Positions 9,193 through 18,043 of a DNA stretch of 64,000 bases are shown here, piece after piece (the first letter of the stretch is position 1; each line of letters starts with the position of its first letter). The notes beneath the pieces are model-generated. The model was not told the origin of the DNA. It worked only from the letters and a program-made list of their open reading frames with translations, and ran no database searches. The stretch is from an uncultured Acidobacteriota bacterium (GTDB taxonomy: Bacteria > Acidobacteriota > Thermoanaerobaculia > Multivoradales > UBA5704): NCBI GenBank assembly GCA_963732005.1, contig CAVSXT010000005.1, positions 2,638,631 through 2,702,630 of the forward strand, read 5' to 3'. The position numbers and the translations under genes were made by a program.

Positions 9193-9340
9193 TGCCGGCA
9201 CTCTGCCAGGTCGCTGCCGGAGCTTCGCGGTGCTGGTGGTGGCCCAGCGGCACCGTGCCGGCACCCGCCTCCTGGACCTGCCGGCACGGTGCCGGCACTC
9301 CCGCAAGCCCTGCCGGCACTTCGGCGAGGCCTGCCGGCAC
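9193..9340. repeat. iteron-like array: six copies of TGCCGGCAC (palindromic 8-mer TGCCGGCA) within ~150 bp
   Basis: Copies at ~9193, 9256, 9279, 9290, 9311 and 9332, with spacings of 63, 23, 11, 21 and 21 bp. Overlapping track ORFs are compositionally unnatural. Confidence 0.6.
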
Positions 9341-10383
9341 GCCAGCCGGCAGGCTGCCACGGCCTGCTGGCCGCTGCGGGTCGAGCACCGTGGCAGCGGT
9401 TCGGGGATCGCGCCTGCCGTGGCCGCTCGACGAGTGGTCGCCGATCGGCGATCGCGTGCGGGTGGTGCTCGCAGCGGTCGCTCGCGGCGCTGCCGTGGGC
9501 GGCGGCGTCGCGTTGGCGAGTCCCGGCGGCAAGGGCAGGTCGCCCGTGCGGTGCAGCGTCGGCAAGCGGAGCAGCATGCCGGTGGCCGCGAAGGCGGGCA
9601 ACGGCGATGCAAGGGCAGGGCAGCCAGGAAAAAAACCAGCGTCTGTACCGGCATCACCGTCCACCTTGGCCGAGCAGCGACAGCCAGGGTTCCCTACCGA
9701 TAATGTCAACTTAACGCAAGGCAGGAGCCCTCATGACCGGTCGTGGTGAAGCGGCGTTCGGAGCGCGGGCGGGTCGCGCCTCGCCCTGCTGCGTCTGACT
9801 TGCGATAAGAGATTGATATCAAGCCCGCAGGGGAGCCGAGATCATTCTCGGCCGAGCCCTGCGTGACGCCGTAGCTCAAAGCGGTAGGTGGGGCAGCTCG
9901 GCGGGCCGCCGCCGGGCGCGCCGCCGGCCTCGGTCCCACCGCCGGCAGCGCCATCTATGACGGCCGCTCGGGTCGGTGCGGTCACCACGGTGCTCTCGAA
10001 TTTCGCGCCCAGAGCGAAGCGGAGGGCGCGAACCAACCGGCCCCCGGGCGCCGGGCAACCTGCGATGGGCAAGCAGGTGCTCGCCCGTGGGGCTTCCTTG
10101 ATTCGATGACGACGCTCGCGAAGCGAGCGGAAAAACGATTGCTCTGGCAACCTGGCCGCAGCCAGACAGGGCCGGGGGCACCTGCGTGCGCGATCACTCA
10201 TCGACCTCATGACCGGCCGCCTCAATGAGGCCGTGGATGGACGAGCATGGCCAGCGCCGGTCTCGAGCAGGACCGGGGGAGCCTCATTGCTTGAAGCGTC
10301 GCCGATAGGAGCCGGCCGGCCGGCGCACCGGGTGCTCCTCCTCGTTGCGATGCAGTCCCAGGATCTGTCCACTCCCAGCTGGC

Positions 10384-10659
10384 TCAGCGGACCACCAGGT
10401 GTCTCAACTCGATCGGTTTCCCGGTTAGCAGGGAATAGAGCACGTCAGGGTCGAGATCGGCGCCGTTTGGCCAGGATACGGTTCCATGTTCGGCGTCGAC
10501 CCGCACCTTGGCGACCTCTCTGGCGTCGCGCAGGGGCTCGAAGACTCCCTTGAATTCGATGAGCTTCGATAGATCGATCTCGCCCTCCACTCCGTCCTCG
10601 AAACGAAGGTAGAGCTTGTGTTCTCCGGCAGGTCGAGCTTCCACGATGTCTTTCAGCAT
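10384..10659 (-). CDS. DUF2442-family protein
   Basis: ...WPNGADLDPDVLY... is typical of DUF2442. Forms an operon with the upstream DUF4160 gene. Confidence 0.7.
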   Translation of the reverse strand: MLKDIVEARPAGEHKLYLRFEDGVEGEIDLSKLIEFKGVFEPLRDAREVAKVRVDAEHGTVSWPNGADLDPDVLYSLLTGKPIELRHLVVR

Positions 10660-10662
10660 GGC

Positions 10663-10923
10663 TCACTCCAAGGGAGCAATCTGCACGAGCGGCTCCTGCT
10701 TCCGGGCCAGCTCCCAGTCGGTTAGAAGCTCAGCCCTGTGCAACGCAGCCCATTCCACGACGAGTCCCAGCACCCTTGGCGTCAGCTCGCCGTACAGGAT
10801 GGTTAGCGATTCGATATCGATGATCGCCTTCAGCTCGCCGTAGCGCGCGTGGAAGTGCGGCGGCGGATGATCGTTATAGTACAGCGAGATGACAATGCCT
10901 AAGAACCGGCTGACCTCTGGCAT
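10663..10923 (-). CDS. DUF4160-family protein
   Basis: MPEVSRFLGIVISLYYNDHPPPHFHARYGE... is the conserved DUF4160 N-terminus. Internal ATG at 10921-10923. Confidence 0.7.
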   Translation of the reverse strand: MPEVSRFLGIVISLYYNDHPPPHFHARYGELKAIIDIESLTILYGELTPRVLGLVVEWAALHRAELLTDWELARKQEPLVQIAPLE

Positions 10924-11310
10924 CTGAGTCGTGTTCTCCTGGACACCACAGCGCAAGTCAGGCGCTGAACCACCGCCCCATGGGCCGGCCGGTCGGCCTC
11001 CGGCTCAGTCTGGAGAGCCCGAATGGCCCCGAGAGCCTGTCAGCCTCCAGCCCCGCCTTGAGAACCGGGAAGACCTTTTCGTCATAGCCGGATTCATCCG
11101 CGAGCCACTCGCGCACGAGCTCGAGCGCCCGGGCGTTCCGGGCACGCAGGTCGTCGGCAATCGTAGCTTCTGGGTGTGACCTCTGCTGTTGGGTGGCCAC
11201 CCTTTCTTCTTTGGCTTCGAAGCGGGCCAGTAAGCGCCATAGCCAGTTTATACCTGCGGAGGGGAGGGGAGCGCCGGCCGGCGCTCTCTCGAGGTCGGAT
11301 CGCGGTGGCC

Positions 11311-11988
11311 TCACCAGCCCCCTCGCGCGTAAAGCGACTCCCACTGGCCGGCGGCGCCGAGCACCAGGTGGTCGAGGAGGTCGACGCCAAGGAGCGCCGC
11401 GGCGTCCGCCAGCTGGTGGGTGAAGCTCAGATCCTCCGGCCTGGGCGTCGGACCGCCACTGGGGCGGGTGTGGAAGACCACGAAGCCGCTGGCGCCGCGG
11501 AGCAGGCATTGTTTGAGGATCTCCCGTGGTTCGACCGCGGTGCGGTGGAGAGTGCCGCGGTAGATCTCCTGCTCGCCGAGGAGACGGTGACGGGTGTCGA
11601 GGAACAGGGCGCCCAGCACCTCCTGGTCGCGCTGCCGGTAGCGGAGCGCGAGGAAGCGGGCGACCTCGTCGGGGCGGGTGAGGGGGCGGCGGACCGGGAT
11701 GCGCTGGCGCGCCAGGCGGCAGGCGATCTCGAGGGCCGCGAGCAGCGCCGACGCCTGGGTGTCGCGAAGGCCCCGGAGCCGCAGCACCGCTCGCGACGTT
11801 TCCGGGAGTGCGGCGAGCCCGCCCTCGTCGGTCAGGAGCTTGCGGGCGAGCCGGAGGGATGTGCGGTGGGCGCGGCCGCCCGCGAGCAGCACGCCGAGCA
11901 CTTCGGCATCGGTGATCGCGTGCAGGTGGCGCTCGAAGCGGTCGGTCGCGGCGCTGACTTGGGCGGCGACGCCGGCGTCACACTTCAT
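11311..11988 (-). CDS. RadC-like JAB/MPN-domain protein (common mobile-element cargo)
   Basis: JAB-like motif VVFHTRPSGGPTPRPEDLSFTHQL with the RadC-type C-terminus. Confidence 0.75.
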   Translation of the reverse strand: MKCDAGVAAQVSAATDRFERHLHAITDAEVLGVLLAGGRAHRTSLRLARKLLTDEGGLAALPETSRAVLRLRGLRDTQASALLAALEIACRLARQRIPVRRPLTRPDEVARFLALRYRQRDQEVLGALFLDTRHRLLGEQEIYRGTLHRTAVEPREILKQCLLRGASGFVVFHTRPSGGPTPRPEDLSFTHQLADAAALLGVDLLDHLVLGAAGQWESLYARGGW

Positions 11989-12319
11989 GGAACGTCACCC
12001 CATAGGGTGCCTCCGGTACGGCTTGGATGCGGACGAACGCCTGGCGGCGCGACTCGGGCAGGTCGGACGCCGCCTCTTCGAGGCGGGTCCACAGGGCCAG
12101 CCAGCGCCCGCCCGCGAACAGCACGACCAGGCCGGCCTCGTCGGGCGAATAGTCGGGATACCAGTCGCCGCGCGCGATTTCGGCGGGCGGGGCCGGCGCG
12201 GTGAAGTGGACGGCGACGACGATGTCGTAAAGGGCGCGGCGGGTGGCTTCGGTGTAGACCTCGAGGTCGAGGCCGGGGGGCAGGGACGCGGGGTTGGTAG
12301 AATCCTGCTCGCTGCGCAT
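11978..12319 (-). CDS. hypothetical protein (113 aa) upstream of the RadC-like gene
   Basis: ATG at 12317-12319. Natural composition. Overlaps the RadC-like gene start by 11 nt. Confidence 0.4.
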   Translation of the reverse strand: MRSEQDSTNPASLPPGLDLEVYTEATRRALYDIVVAVHFTAPAPPAEIARGDWYPDYSPDEAGLVVLFAGGRWLALWTRLEEAASDLPESRRQAFVRIQAVPEAPYGVTFHEV

Positions 12320-12460
12320 GGGGGATCCTCCCGTGCGTGGTAGGCCTCGGCATTGGGTTACCGCCCGTGCCGGGGCCGCTTTCCGGTGGATGAGGAGGGG
12401 CAATCCCTCCCCGCTGTGCTCCTCTCTCTCGTCCTCCTTCCTGGCGTCGCCGGTGCGGGC

Positions 12461-13240
12461 CTACGGCAGGGGCCGAGGCTCGAACCGCAGCACGCGGCCC
12501 TCCTGCCGCTCACCGCGCAGCGCCGCGGCCAGGCCGCCGGCGATCAGGTCGGCCGCCGCGAGCAGCTGCTCCGGCCGCAGGTGGGTGTAGATGTCGTGCA
12601 CGTCGCGGCCCAGCGAATGGCCCATCAGGCGCATCCGGATCTCGCGTGGCACGCCGAAGTAGGCGGCGGTGCTGTTGAAGGTATGGCGCGTCGCGTCGTA
12701 GAGGCGCATCCGCGCCGGCAGCTCGGCGCGCGCCGCCAAGCGCTCCCAGAGCCGCTTGAGATCCGACATGGGGCCGGAGCTCCGGCCGGGAAAGATGAGG
12801 TCCCCGCAGCAGGGTAGGGCGCGCAGCAGATCGATCGCCGGGCGTCCCAGGTAAACCGACCGCGGCCCCGCCTTGGACGCCGGCAGGTGCCAGATGCGCG
12901 CGTCGAGGTCGATCGCTTCCCAGCGGGCGTTGAGGGCCTCGCCCGGCCGGCAGCCGGTCAGGAGCATGAAGGTGAACGCCGCCGCCGGTGTCGAGTCCTG
13001 GCGCTCCTTGCGCAGGGCCTCGCCGAGTCGCCCGAGCGCCGCCATGTCGAGCGCCTGGCCGCGCCGCTCCTCGTGGTGGCGGTCGTGGCCCTGGGCCGGG
13101 TTCGGCATCTCGCGCGGCCACCAGCCCCAGCGCGCGGCCAGCGCCCACGCCTTCGAGCAGGCGGCCAGCACACCGTCCGGCGCCGCCGGCGGCCGGCGTA
13201 ATATCGCCGCCGCACCGGCGTCAATACATGTAACTGTCAT
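12461..13240 (-). CDS. tyrosine recombinase/integrase, catalytic domain only; N-terminal arm/core-binding domain apparently missing
   Basis: LLTGCRPGE (box I Arg), ...HTFNST..., LMGHSLGRDVHDIYTHL (His/Tyr). Only ~95 aa precede the catalytic domain. The ATG at 13238-13240 abuts an AT-rich junction. Confidence 0.7.
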   Translation of the reverse strand: MTVTCIDAGAAAILRRPPAAPDGVLAACSKAWALAARWGWWPREMPNPAQGHDRHHEERRGQALDMAALGRLGEALRKERQDSTPAAAFTFMLLTGCRPGEALNARWEAIDLDARIWHLPASKAGPRSVYLGRPAIDLLRALPCCGDLIFPGRSSGPMSDLKRLWERLAARAELPARMRLYDATRHTFNSTAAYFGVPREIRMRLMGHSLGRDVHDIYTHLRPEQLLAAADLIAGGLAAALRGERQEGRVLRFEPRPLP

Positions 13241-13276
13241 AACACTAATTGGACGCGGAGCGTCCGGGAGAAGACC

Positions 13277-13765
13277 ATGACGAGAATTCAGCGCAGCGTT
13301 TTCCTCGCAGTGGCGGCCTGTACGTTGTTGGGCGGCGCGGCCCACGGCGGCGACCTGCAGGAGAAGAACAAGGCGGTGGCCCGCCGTGTCTTCGACGACA
13401 TCTTCAACCGCGGCCGGCTGGAGGTCGCCGGCGAGATCTATGCCCCGGATTTCGTCGACCACGGCCTGCAGAGAGACACCGGCCTGCGCCAAGACCAGGC
13501 AGCGGTGCGCGGCTGGCGGATGGCAGCCCCCGACCTGGTGATGACCGTCGATCAGATGCTGGCCGAAGGTGACCGCGTCTGCGTCCTGTGGACCGGTCGC
13601 GGCACCAACACCGGCGAAGGCAACGGCCTGCCCGCCAGCGGCAAGCGCTTCGCGCTGCGCGGCATCACCATCTGGCGCATCGAGGGAGGCCGGATCCGCG
13701 AGGAGTGGTCCGAGTTCGACATGTTGGGCCTGCTGCGCCAGACCGGCGTGCTGCCGCCGGGCTGA
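13277..13765 (+). CDS. SnoaL-like/ester-cyclase-family secreted protein
   Basis: Signal peptide MTRIQRSVFLAVAACTLLGGAAHG. The SnoaL-like core resembles the gene at 59677-60234. Confidence 0.6.
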   Translation: MTRIQRSVFLAVAACTLLGGAAHGGDLQEKNKAVARRVFDDIFNRGRLEVAGEIYAPDFVDHGLQRDTGLRQDQAAVRGWRMAAPDLVMTVDQMLAEGDRVCVLWTGRGTNTGEGNGLPASGKRFALRGITIWRIEGGRIREEWSEFDMLGLLRQTGVLPPG

Positions 13766-14281
13766 GGCGGCGCCTCGGCAGCGGCACCGACCATACTCTG
13801 AAACTCTTGGACTTGCTTGACTGTCAGATCGATCATGGGTTGTACCGAGATCATCTGCTCAAGCGCGCATACGAACTCTGCCGGTCCCCGCCGCCAGGTC
13901 CGCGCCAGATCCACGGCAGGCACAAGAAGTCGCCAGCGAGGCGGCCGGGCTACAGATCCCGGACCAGCTCGGCAGCCGTCGTCTCCAGAGCCTTTGCAAA
14001 CTTGCAGATGTTCAGCAGGGAGATGTTCCGGCGGCCCCGCGAGCCGTTGCTCGCCGGGGACCTGGCGGGCGTGTGGCGGACTACCTGGAACTTCGCGTCG
14101 AGTATCGACGCTTGATGCGGACGCTGGCTCCGATTCTTTCAGCTCTGCATCGATAGCGGCTCAGCTGTAATCGGTGGCCGCCTGGCCCGACCTTCGCGAG
14201 CTCGATCACTTGGGGTTGCTGACCATGGCCCTTCTCAGGCGCGAGGGCTTGTGGGATCGGGCTGGTCGGCTGGGGTTAGCG

Positions 14282-14548
14282 GCCGAGGCCGAGTCCGCGG
14301 TCCAAAAACTCTCTCGACCGCTCGGATGGCGAGCTCGACGCGGAAGGGAAGCTCGCGGGGGAGCGCCGAGACGGCCAGCCTGGCCGCTTCCGGCCCTATC
14401 TCGCGGACGATGGCCTCCATCGCCTTCTCGGGTCCCTTCATCGCCTGCTCCACTTGCTGCAAGGCCCTGTTGAGGTGTTGTAGCTGATCGCGCAGTTTGG
14501 GCAGGCTTTCGCCAATGGCGTTCGCGGCGGCCTGCGTCCTCGGCCGAG
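14282..14548 (-). pseudogene. 3'-terminal fragment of a relaxase gene; ~270-bp direct repeat (~90% identity) of 1780-2050
   Basis: Nucleotide identity is visible by eye. Translation (...NAIGESLPKLRDQLQHLNRALQQVEQAMKGPEKAMEAIVREIGPEAARLAVS...) parallels the relaxase C-terminus. The flanks diverge. Confidence 0.75.
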
Positions 14549-14700
14549 TACCCCCGGCCGCACTTCGCGCCATCGCGGTACAGCCGGGGGCGGACGCCGA
14601 AGGGCTTGAGCTGGCGGGCGAGCTGGACCGCGGACATGGTCCGGCCGTGCCGCCCAGGGCGGCCCACAGCAGGGTGCACTAGTTGGATGCGCAATCCCAA

Positions 14701-14961
14701 TCACTGTCCACCAAGTTGTAGGTGTCGTTCCTCTCGTGCCCTCGGTTTGACACCTGAGAGATCGAGCTTCTCCACGAGCCGGCGTCTTGCGCGCAGCGTT
14801 TCAGTCTCTGCCAGCAATCCGCGTCGGTGAAGTCTGGTGATTGCATCGGCGTCGCGCTGTAGGTCATCGAGGAGCGTCGCAGAACCAGGCTCCGGCTGTG
14901 GGTATCCAAGCTGTTCCGCGAGAGATGGCGCCGAGGCGCCAAACCTTAGGGTCAAGGACAT
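14701..14961 (-). CDS. hypothetical small protein (86 aa) downstream of a ~130-bp AT-rich island
   Basis: Internal ATG at 14959-14961. No family recognised. Confidence 0.3.
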   Translation of the reverse strand: MSLTLRFGASAPSLAEQLGYPQPEPGSATLLDDLQRDADAITRLHRRGLLAETETLRARRRLVEKLDLSGVKPRAREERHLQLGGQ

Positions 14962-15258
14962 ATTCACTCCTTTCCTAATCCCATCTTGTTGAAATTCACA
15001 CTTCGAAAGAAAACTTAGCACAGGAGTTTTGCGAACTACAACAGAGTTATTGACAAATGCCGATATCACTGCGGTGATCCATCAGGGTGCGCCAGGGTGC
15101 GCGCCGCGAACCCGGCCCAAGCTGTCCAGCTCTCCTGGGTGACGAGTTATGCTCTCGGCGGCAGTAAGTCGGCAAAGCAGCGGCGTCGCACAGCTGGCGG
15201 TCTTTGTTTTCGCTCTCCAATTAGCGGCCGGACAACCGGGCAACGCGACCCCAGGGCC

Positions 15259-15573
15259 TCACAGCCCCCCGTGGAACCGTCCGAATCCGTGCGCGAGCAT
15301 GAGCGACATGATCAGGATGCCCGCCCCGAGGACGAGCACGTGCCGGGTGTTGCGCAGACTGAAGTCGCCGACACGACAGACGAGCAGGTAGCCGACGGCA
15401 AGGTTGAAGAGGCCCCAGAGGACATTGATCGTCGAGGAGGACAAACCTTCCCCGGGCGGCGATGCGAAGGGGCTCTGGAAGGCATGCCCCGAGATCCCAT
15501 TGCCGAGATGGGGCAGGGTATTCGCGAGGAATGCGCCCCCGAAGAAGTACGCCACATAGTGGTACCACCGCAT
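15259..15573 (-). CDS. small integral membrane protein (104 aa)
   Basis: Three predicted hydrophobic helices. Natural composition. Confidence 0.45.
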   Translation of the reverse strand: MRWYHYVAYFFGGAFLANTLPHLGNGISGHAFQSPFASPPGEGLSSSTINVLWGLFNLAVGYLLVCRVGDFSLRNTRHVLVLGAGILIMSLMLAHGFGRFHGGL

Positions 15574-15923
15574 GGTTGCTCCCTTCTCTTAGAGGAGGCC
15601 GCGAAGCTGGTTGCGGGTGAGTGAGCTCGCAGTCGCGCAAAATCGCAGCCAGAAGGCCCGGTCCGATTCTCTCCCCCGCGTGGACCGGGACGACCGTCGT
15701 GCGACCGTCTGCATGCCTCAGCGATGCTGGCTCGCCAGCTCCGACGGCTGGGTCGGTAGTGAGGGCGGTGGCCAGCGTCGCTCCTGTTCGCCTCCGAGCT
15801 TTCCGCCCGATCGCGGCACCGAGCGGCTCGCTGGCCCCGCGGCGCCCGGTCGGACTCGCCGAGGAGCTCGCGACCGAGCTGGGTGGCCTTCCCGCGGCAG
15901 CGGCCGCCGGTTCCGAGTTTCCT

Positions 15924-16358
15924 TCAGTTTTCGATGAGACGATTCTTCCAGCGCAGGCCGGGAAAGCGAGCGAAGTCTGCATCCGTCGTGCAGATCTCGA
16001 GGTCATGCTCGACCGCGAGGGCGGCAAGATGCGCGTCGGTGGTCAGATTGCCACCCGCGCCGGTCGACCTTAGAAAGCCGAAGAGGATCGCGGCATGCCG
16101 CTCGCCGGGGTGGAGCACAGAAACCTGTGGTCTGGTCAGCCATGACTCGACGATCTCGCAGGCGGCGGCTACAGCGAGGGGGTTCGCGGAAATCTGGCGG
16201 TGGGTCGCCAGGCGCAAGAACCCGAGAATGACCACCCAGGGCAGCTGGACCGGCGAATCCTCCGTCATCCGTCCTTCCCACCACCTTCGTGCGACCGCGT
16301 GCGCCGGGGAATGGGAGTTGTATGCGTGGAGGAGCAGATTGACGTCGGGGAGGATCAC
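15924..16358 (-). CDS. vapC: PIN-domain toxin VapC
   Basis: MILPDVNLLL... N-terminus. ...TTDAHLAALAVEHDLEICTTDADFARFPGL C-terminus with the acidic PIN residues. Confidence 0.8.
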   Translation of the reverse strand: MILPDVNLLLHAYNSHSPAHAVARRWWEGRMTEDSPVQLPWVVILGFLRLATHRQISANPLAVAAACEIVESWLTRPQVSVLHPGERHAAILFGFLRSTGAGGNLTTDAHLAALAVEHDLEICTTDADFARFPGLRWKNRLIEN

Positions 16359-16615
16359 TCCCTGACCTTCTGCGCGGTTGCCGCAGCTTCCAGATCGTCC
16401 ACCAGCTGATTCATCTTGTCGAGGTCGATCCCGGCCGCGAACTGGAAGTCGTGGGGCTGCACGCGGAACGGCTCCCGTGCGCTAGCCAATCCCCTGAGTC
16501 CAAGGCGTGAGCGCAGCGCGTCGTTCACCAGAGCCTCTGCTGGCTTTCCCGCGCGGCGGACTTCTTGCTCGATCCGCTCGGCGACATCCGGGTCGAGAGT
16601 CACGGTGATGGCCAT
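16355..16615 (-). CDS. vapB: VapB-type antitoxin
   Basis: 86-aa protein immediately upstream of vapC. Its stop overlaps the vapC start by 4 nt. Confidence 0.65.
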   Translation of the reverse strand: MAITVTLDPDVAERIEQEVRRAGKPAEALVNDALRSRLGLRGLASAREPFRVQPHDFQFAAGIDLDKMNQLVDDLEAAATAQKVRE

Positions 16616-16859
16616 GGGCCGATGATGTTGTCACCGGCGAGGGTTGTCAAGGGCGGGAGCACTGCGGATGCTGCTGCGCCTGACAGCGGGCGGCGACGCG
16701 CGCCCACCGCCAAGGCCAGATCCTGACTGGCCCAGGCGGTGAACGTGGTGACCTTCAGTCTAGCCAAGGGGCCACGCTGGGGAGGGAGGGCTCGTAGCGG
16801 ATCAGCATCGAAGTCGTGACGCCCGCCCGCCGCCCCGCCAAGGGGAAGACGTCAGCGAA

Positions 16860-17015
16860 TCACTGGCTGCAGGTGTTGACTGGGCAGAAGGTGAATCCCC
16901 GCGTCGGGAGGCAGGGCACCGTGCTCCCGCCTCCGGCCACCTCGCGGAGCGTGTCGGGCGAGGCAAGCTGGCGCAGGGTTTCGCGGTAGAGCAGGAGCTT
17001 GCGGCTCTTCTTCAT
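16860..17015 (-). CDS. small Cys-containing peptide P1 with a double-Gly leader-like N-terminus (MKKSRKLLLYRETLRQLASPDTLREVAGGG / STVPCLPTRGFTFCPVNTCSQ)
   Basis: Strong RBS AAGGAGA 7 nt upstream of ATG 17013-17015. Paralogous to P2 and P3. Confidence 0.5.
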   Translation of the reverse strand: MKKSRKLLLYRETLRQLASPDTLREVAGGGSTVPCLPTRGFTFCPVNTCSQ

Positions 17016-17204
17016 GATCTGTTCTCCTTGTCGATGATGATCCGCTAGTGCCGGCGTGTCCGGCCGGCCTTTCAAGAAGGGTAGTGCTGCGGCTCTACCT
17101 GCTCGTGACCAGCGCGGCGGCCAGGGCGCGGCCGCTTCTTGGGTCCGGGGCGGAGCAGTCCTCCCCTAAGCCAAGACCGTACAGCAGGTTACGCCTTTCA
17201 CCGC

Positions 17205-17540
17205 GGCTATCCTCTCGTCGACGACCAGGACGCTGCCGGCATGAAGCTGCGACTCCCCACGATCCCGGGAGTACTTGCAGCTGTGCAGGGTGCGAGAGCG
17301 GATGCCGGCTTCTGCCGCAAGGTGCCGGCGGCCTTGCTGCCAGGGCGGCGCCGATGACCTGGTAGCCGGCCTCGCGATAGGCGTCGCCGATCGTCGCGGC
17401 CGCCGTGGTCTCGCCGGCACTGGCGCGGCCGACGATCAGGGCGAGGTCGTCGCGGGCAGTGCATCACGCGGCGCGCGTCCTTGCCTACCGTCACTATCCG
17501 GTCGCGGTCGAGCGCCCGCTGGGGGCGCCGTGCCTATCTT
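17205..17540 (-). pseudogene. internally deleted relaxase gene remnant (homologous to 3300-3790, the VLVVDEAGM/P-loop region)
   Basis: Clear nucleotide similarity in the same orientation with an internal deletion. Overlapping track ORFs are junk. Confidence 0.7.
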
Positions 17541-17627
17541 GGCGAATTGCCTTGAATTAGATATGGTAAAACATGGGAATGATCCCCGATCTGCCGGGCT
17601 GCATTCAGCGGCGCCAAAGGAGATTCG

Positions 17628-17807
17628 ATGCGCAAGAACCAGAAGACACTCAAGCTCAACCGCGACACCGTCCGCAACCTGGATCAGGGCATACTTGCCA
17701 GGGTCGCGGGCGGTACGGACGGAGCCTGCTCCTACACGCTCTGCGGCACAGACGTCGTCTGTTACTACGGAAAGTCTCACTGCCCCGGCGCGACATGCTT
17801 TTGCTGA
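17628..17807 (+). CDS. small Cys-rich peptide P2 with a double-Gly leader-like N-terminus (MRKNQKTLKLNRDTVRNLDQGILARVAGG / TDGACSYTLCGTDVVCYYGKSHCPGATCFC)
   Basis: 59-aa ORF, below the track size cutoff. Strong RBS AAAGGAGA 5 nt upstream of the ATG. Six Cys in a 30-aa C-terminal region. Confidence 0.5.
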   Translation: MRKNQKTLKLNRDTVRNLDQGILARVAGGTDGACSYTLCGTDVVCYYGKSHCPGATCFC

Positions 17808-18043
17808 ACGGTAACGGCTGCTGATCGATGTACGCGGCGGGCTGCCTTGGCCGCGCCGCGTCCCGCTCACTCGAGCGCGACGGAAAGAAGAGAAGCGGCC
17901 TTACACCGCCGGCCGCCGGCTTGGCGGCGGTTCTGCTCCCACCTCGCTGCTGACGCCAAGTCAGATGCCGAGCGGTCGCCATTCGACAGCACTTGTCCCG
18001 TGGTCGGGTCCCTTTGCGCATACCCATGGGGAGGAAGTCCTCG

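Noticed and set aside
9193-9340. Possible CRISPR array
   Set aside because: Units are only 9 bp with irregular 11-63 bp spacing. No repeat-spacer architecture and no cas genes.
8059-9703. Overlapping 500-aa ORFs on both strands across 8.1-9.7 kb
   Set aside because: Extremely Arg/Pro/Ala-rich with no motifs. The region is better explained as non-coding repeat arrays (CCATNNATGG, TGCCGGCAC) plus one membrane-protein gene.
10958-11509. 183-aa minus ORF
   Set aside because: Only the C-terminal ~95 aa look protein-like and no start codon precedes them. It is possibly another decayed gene, so it was not called.
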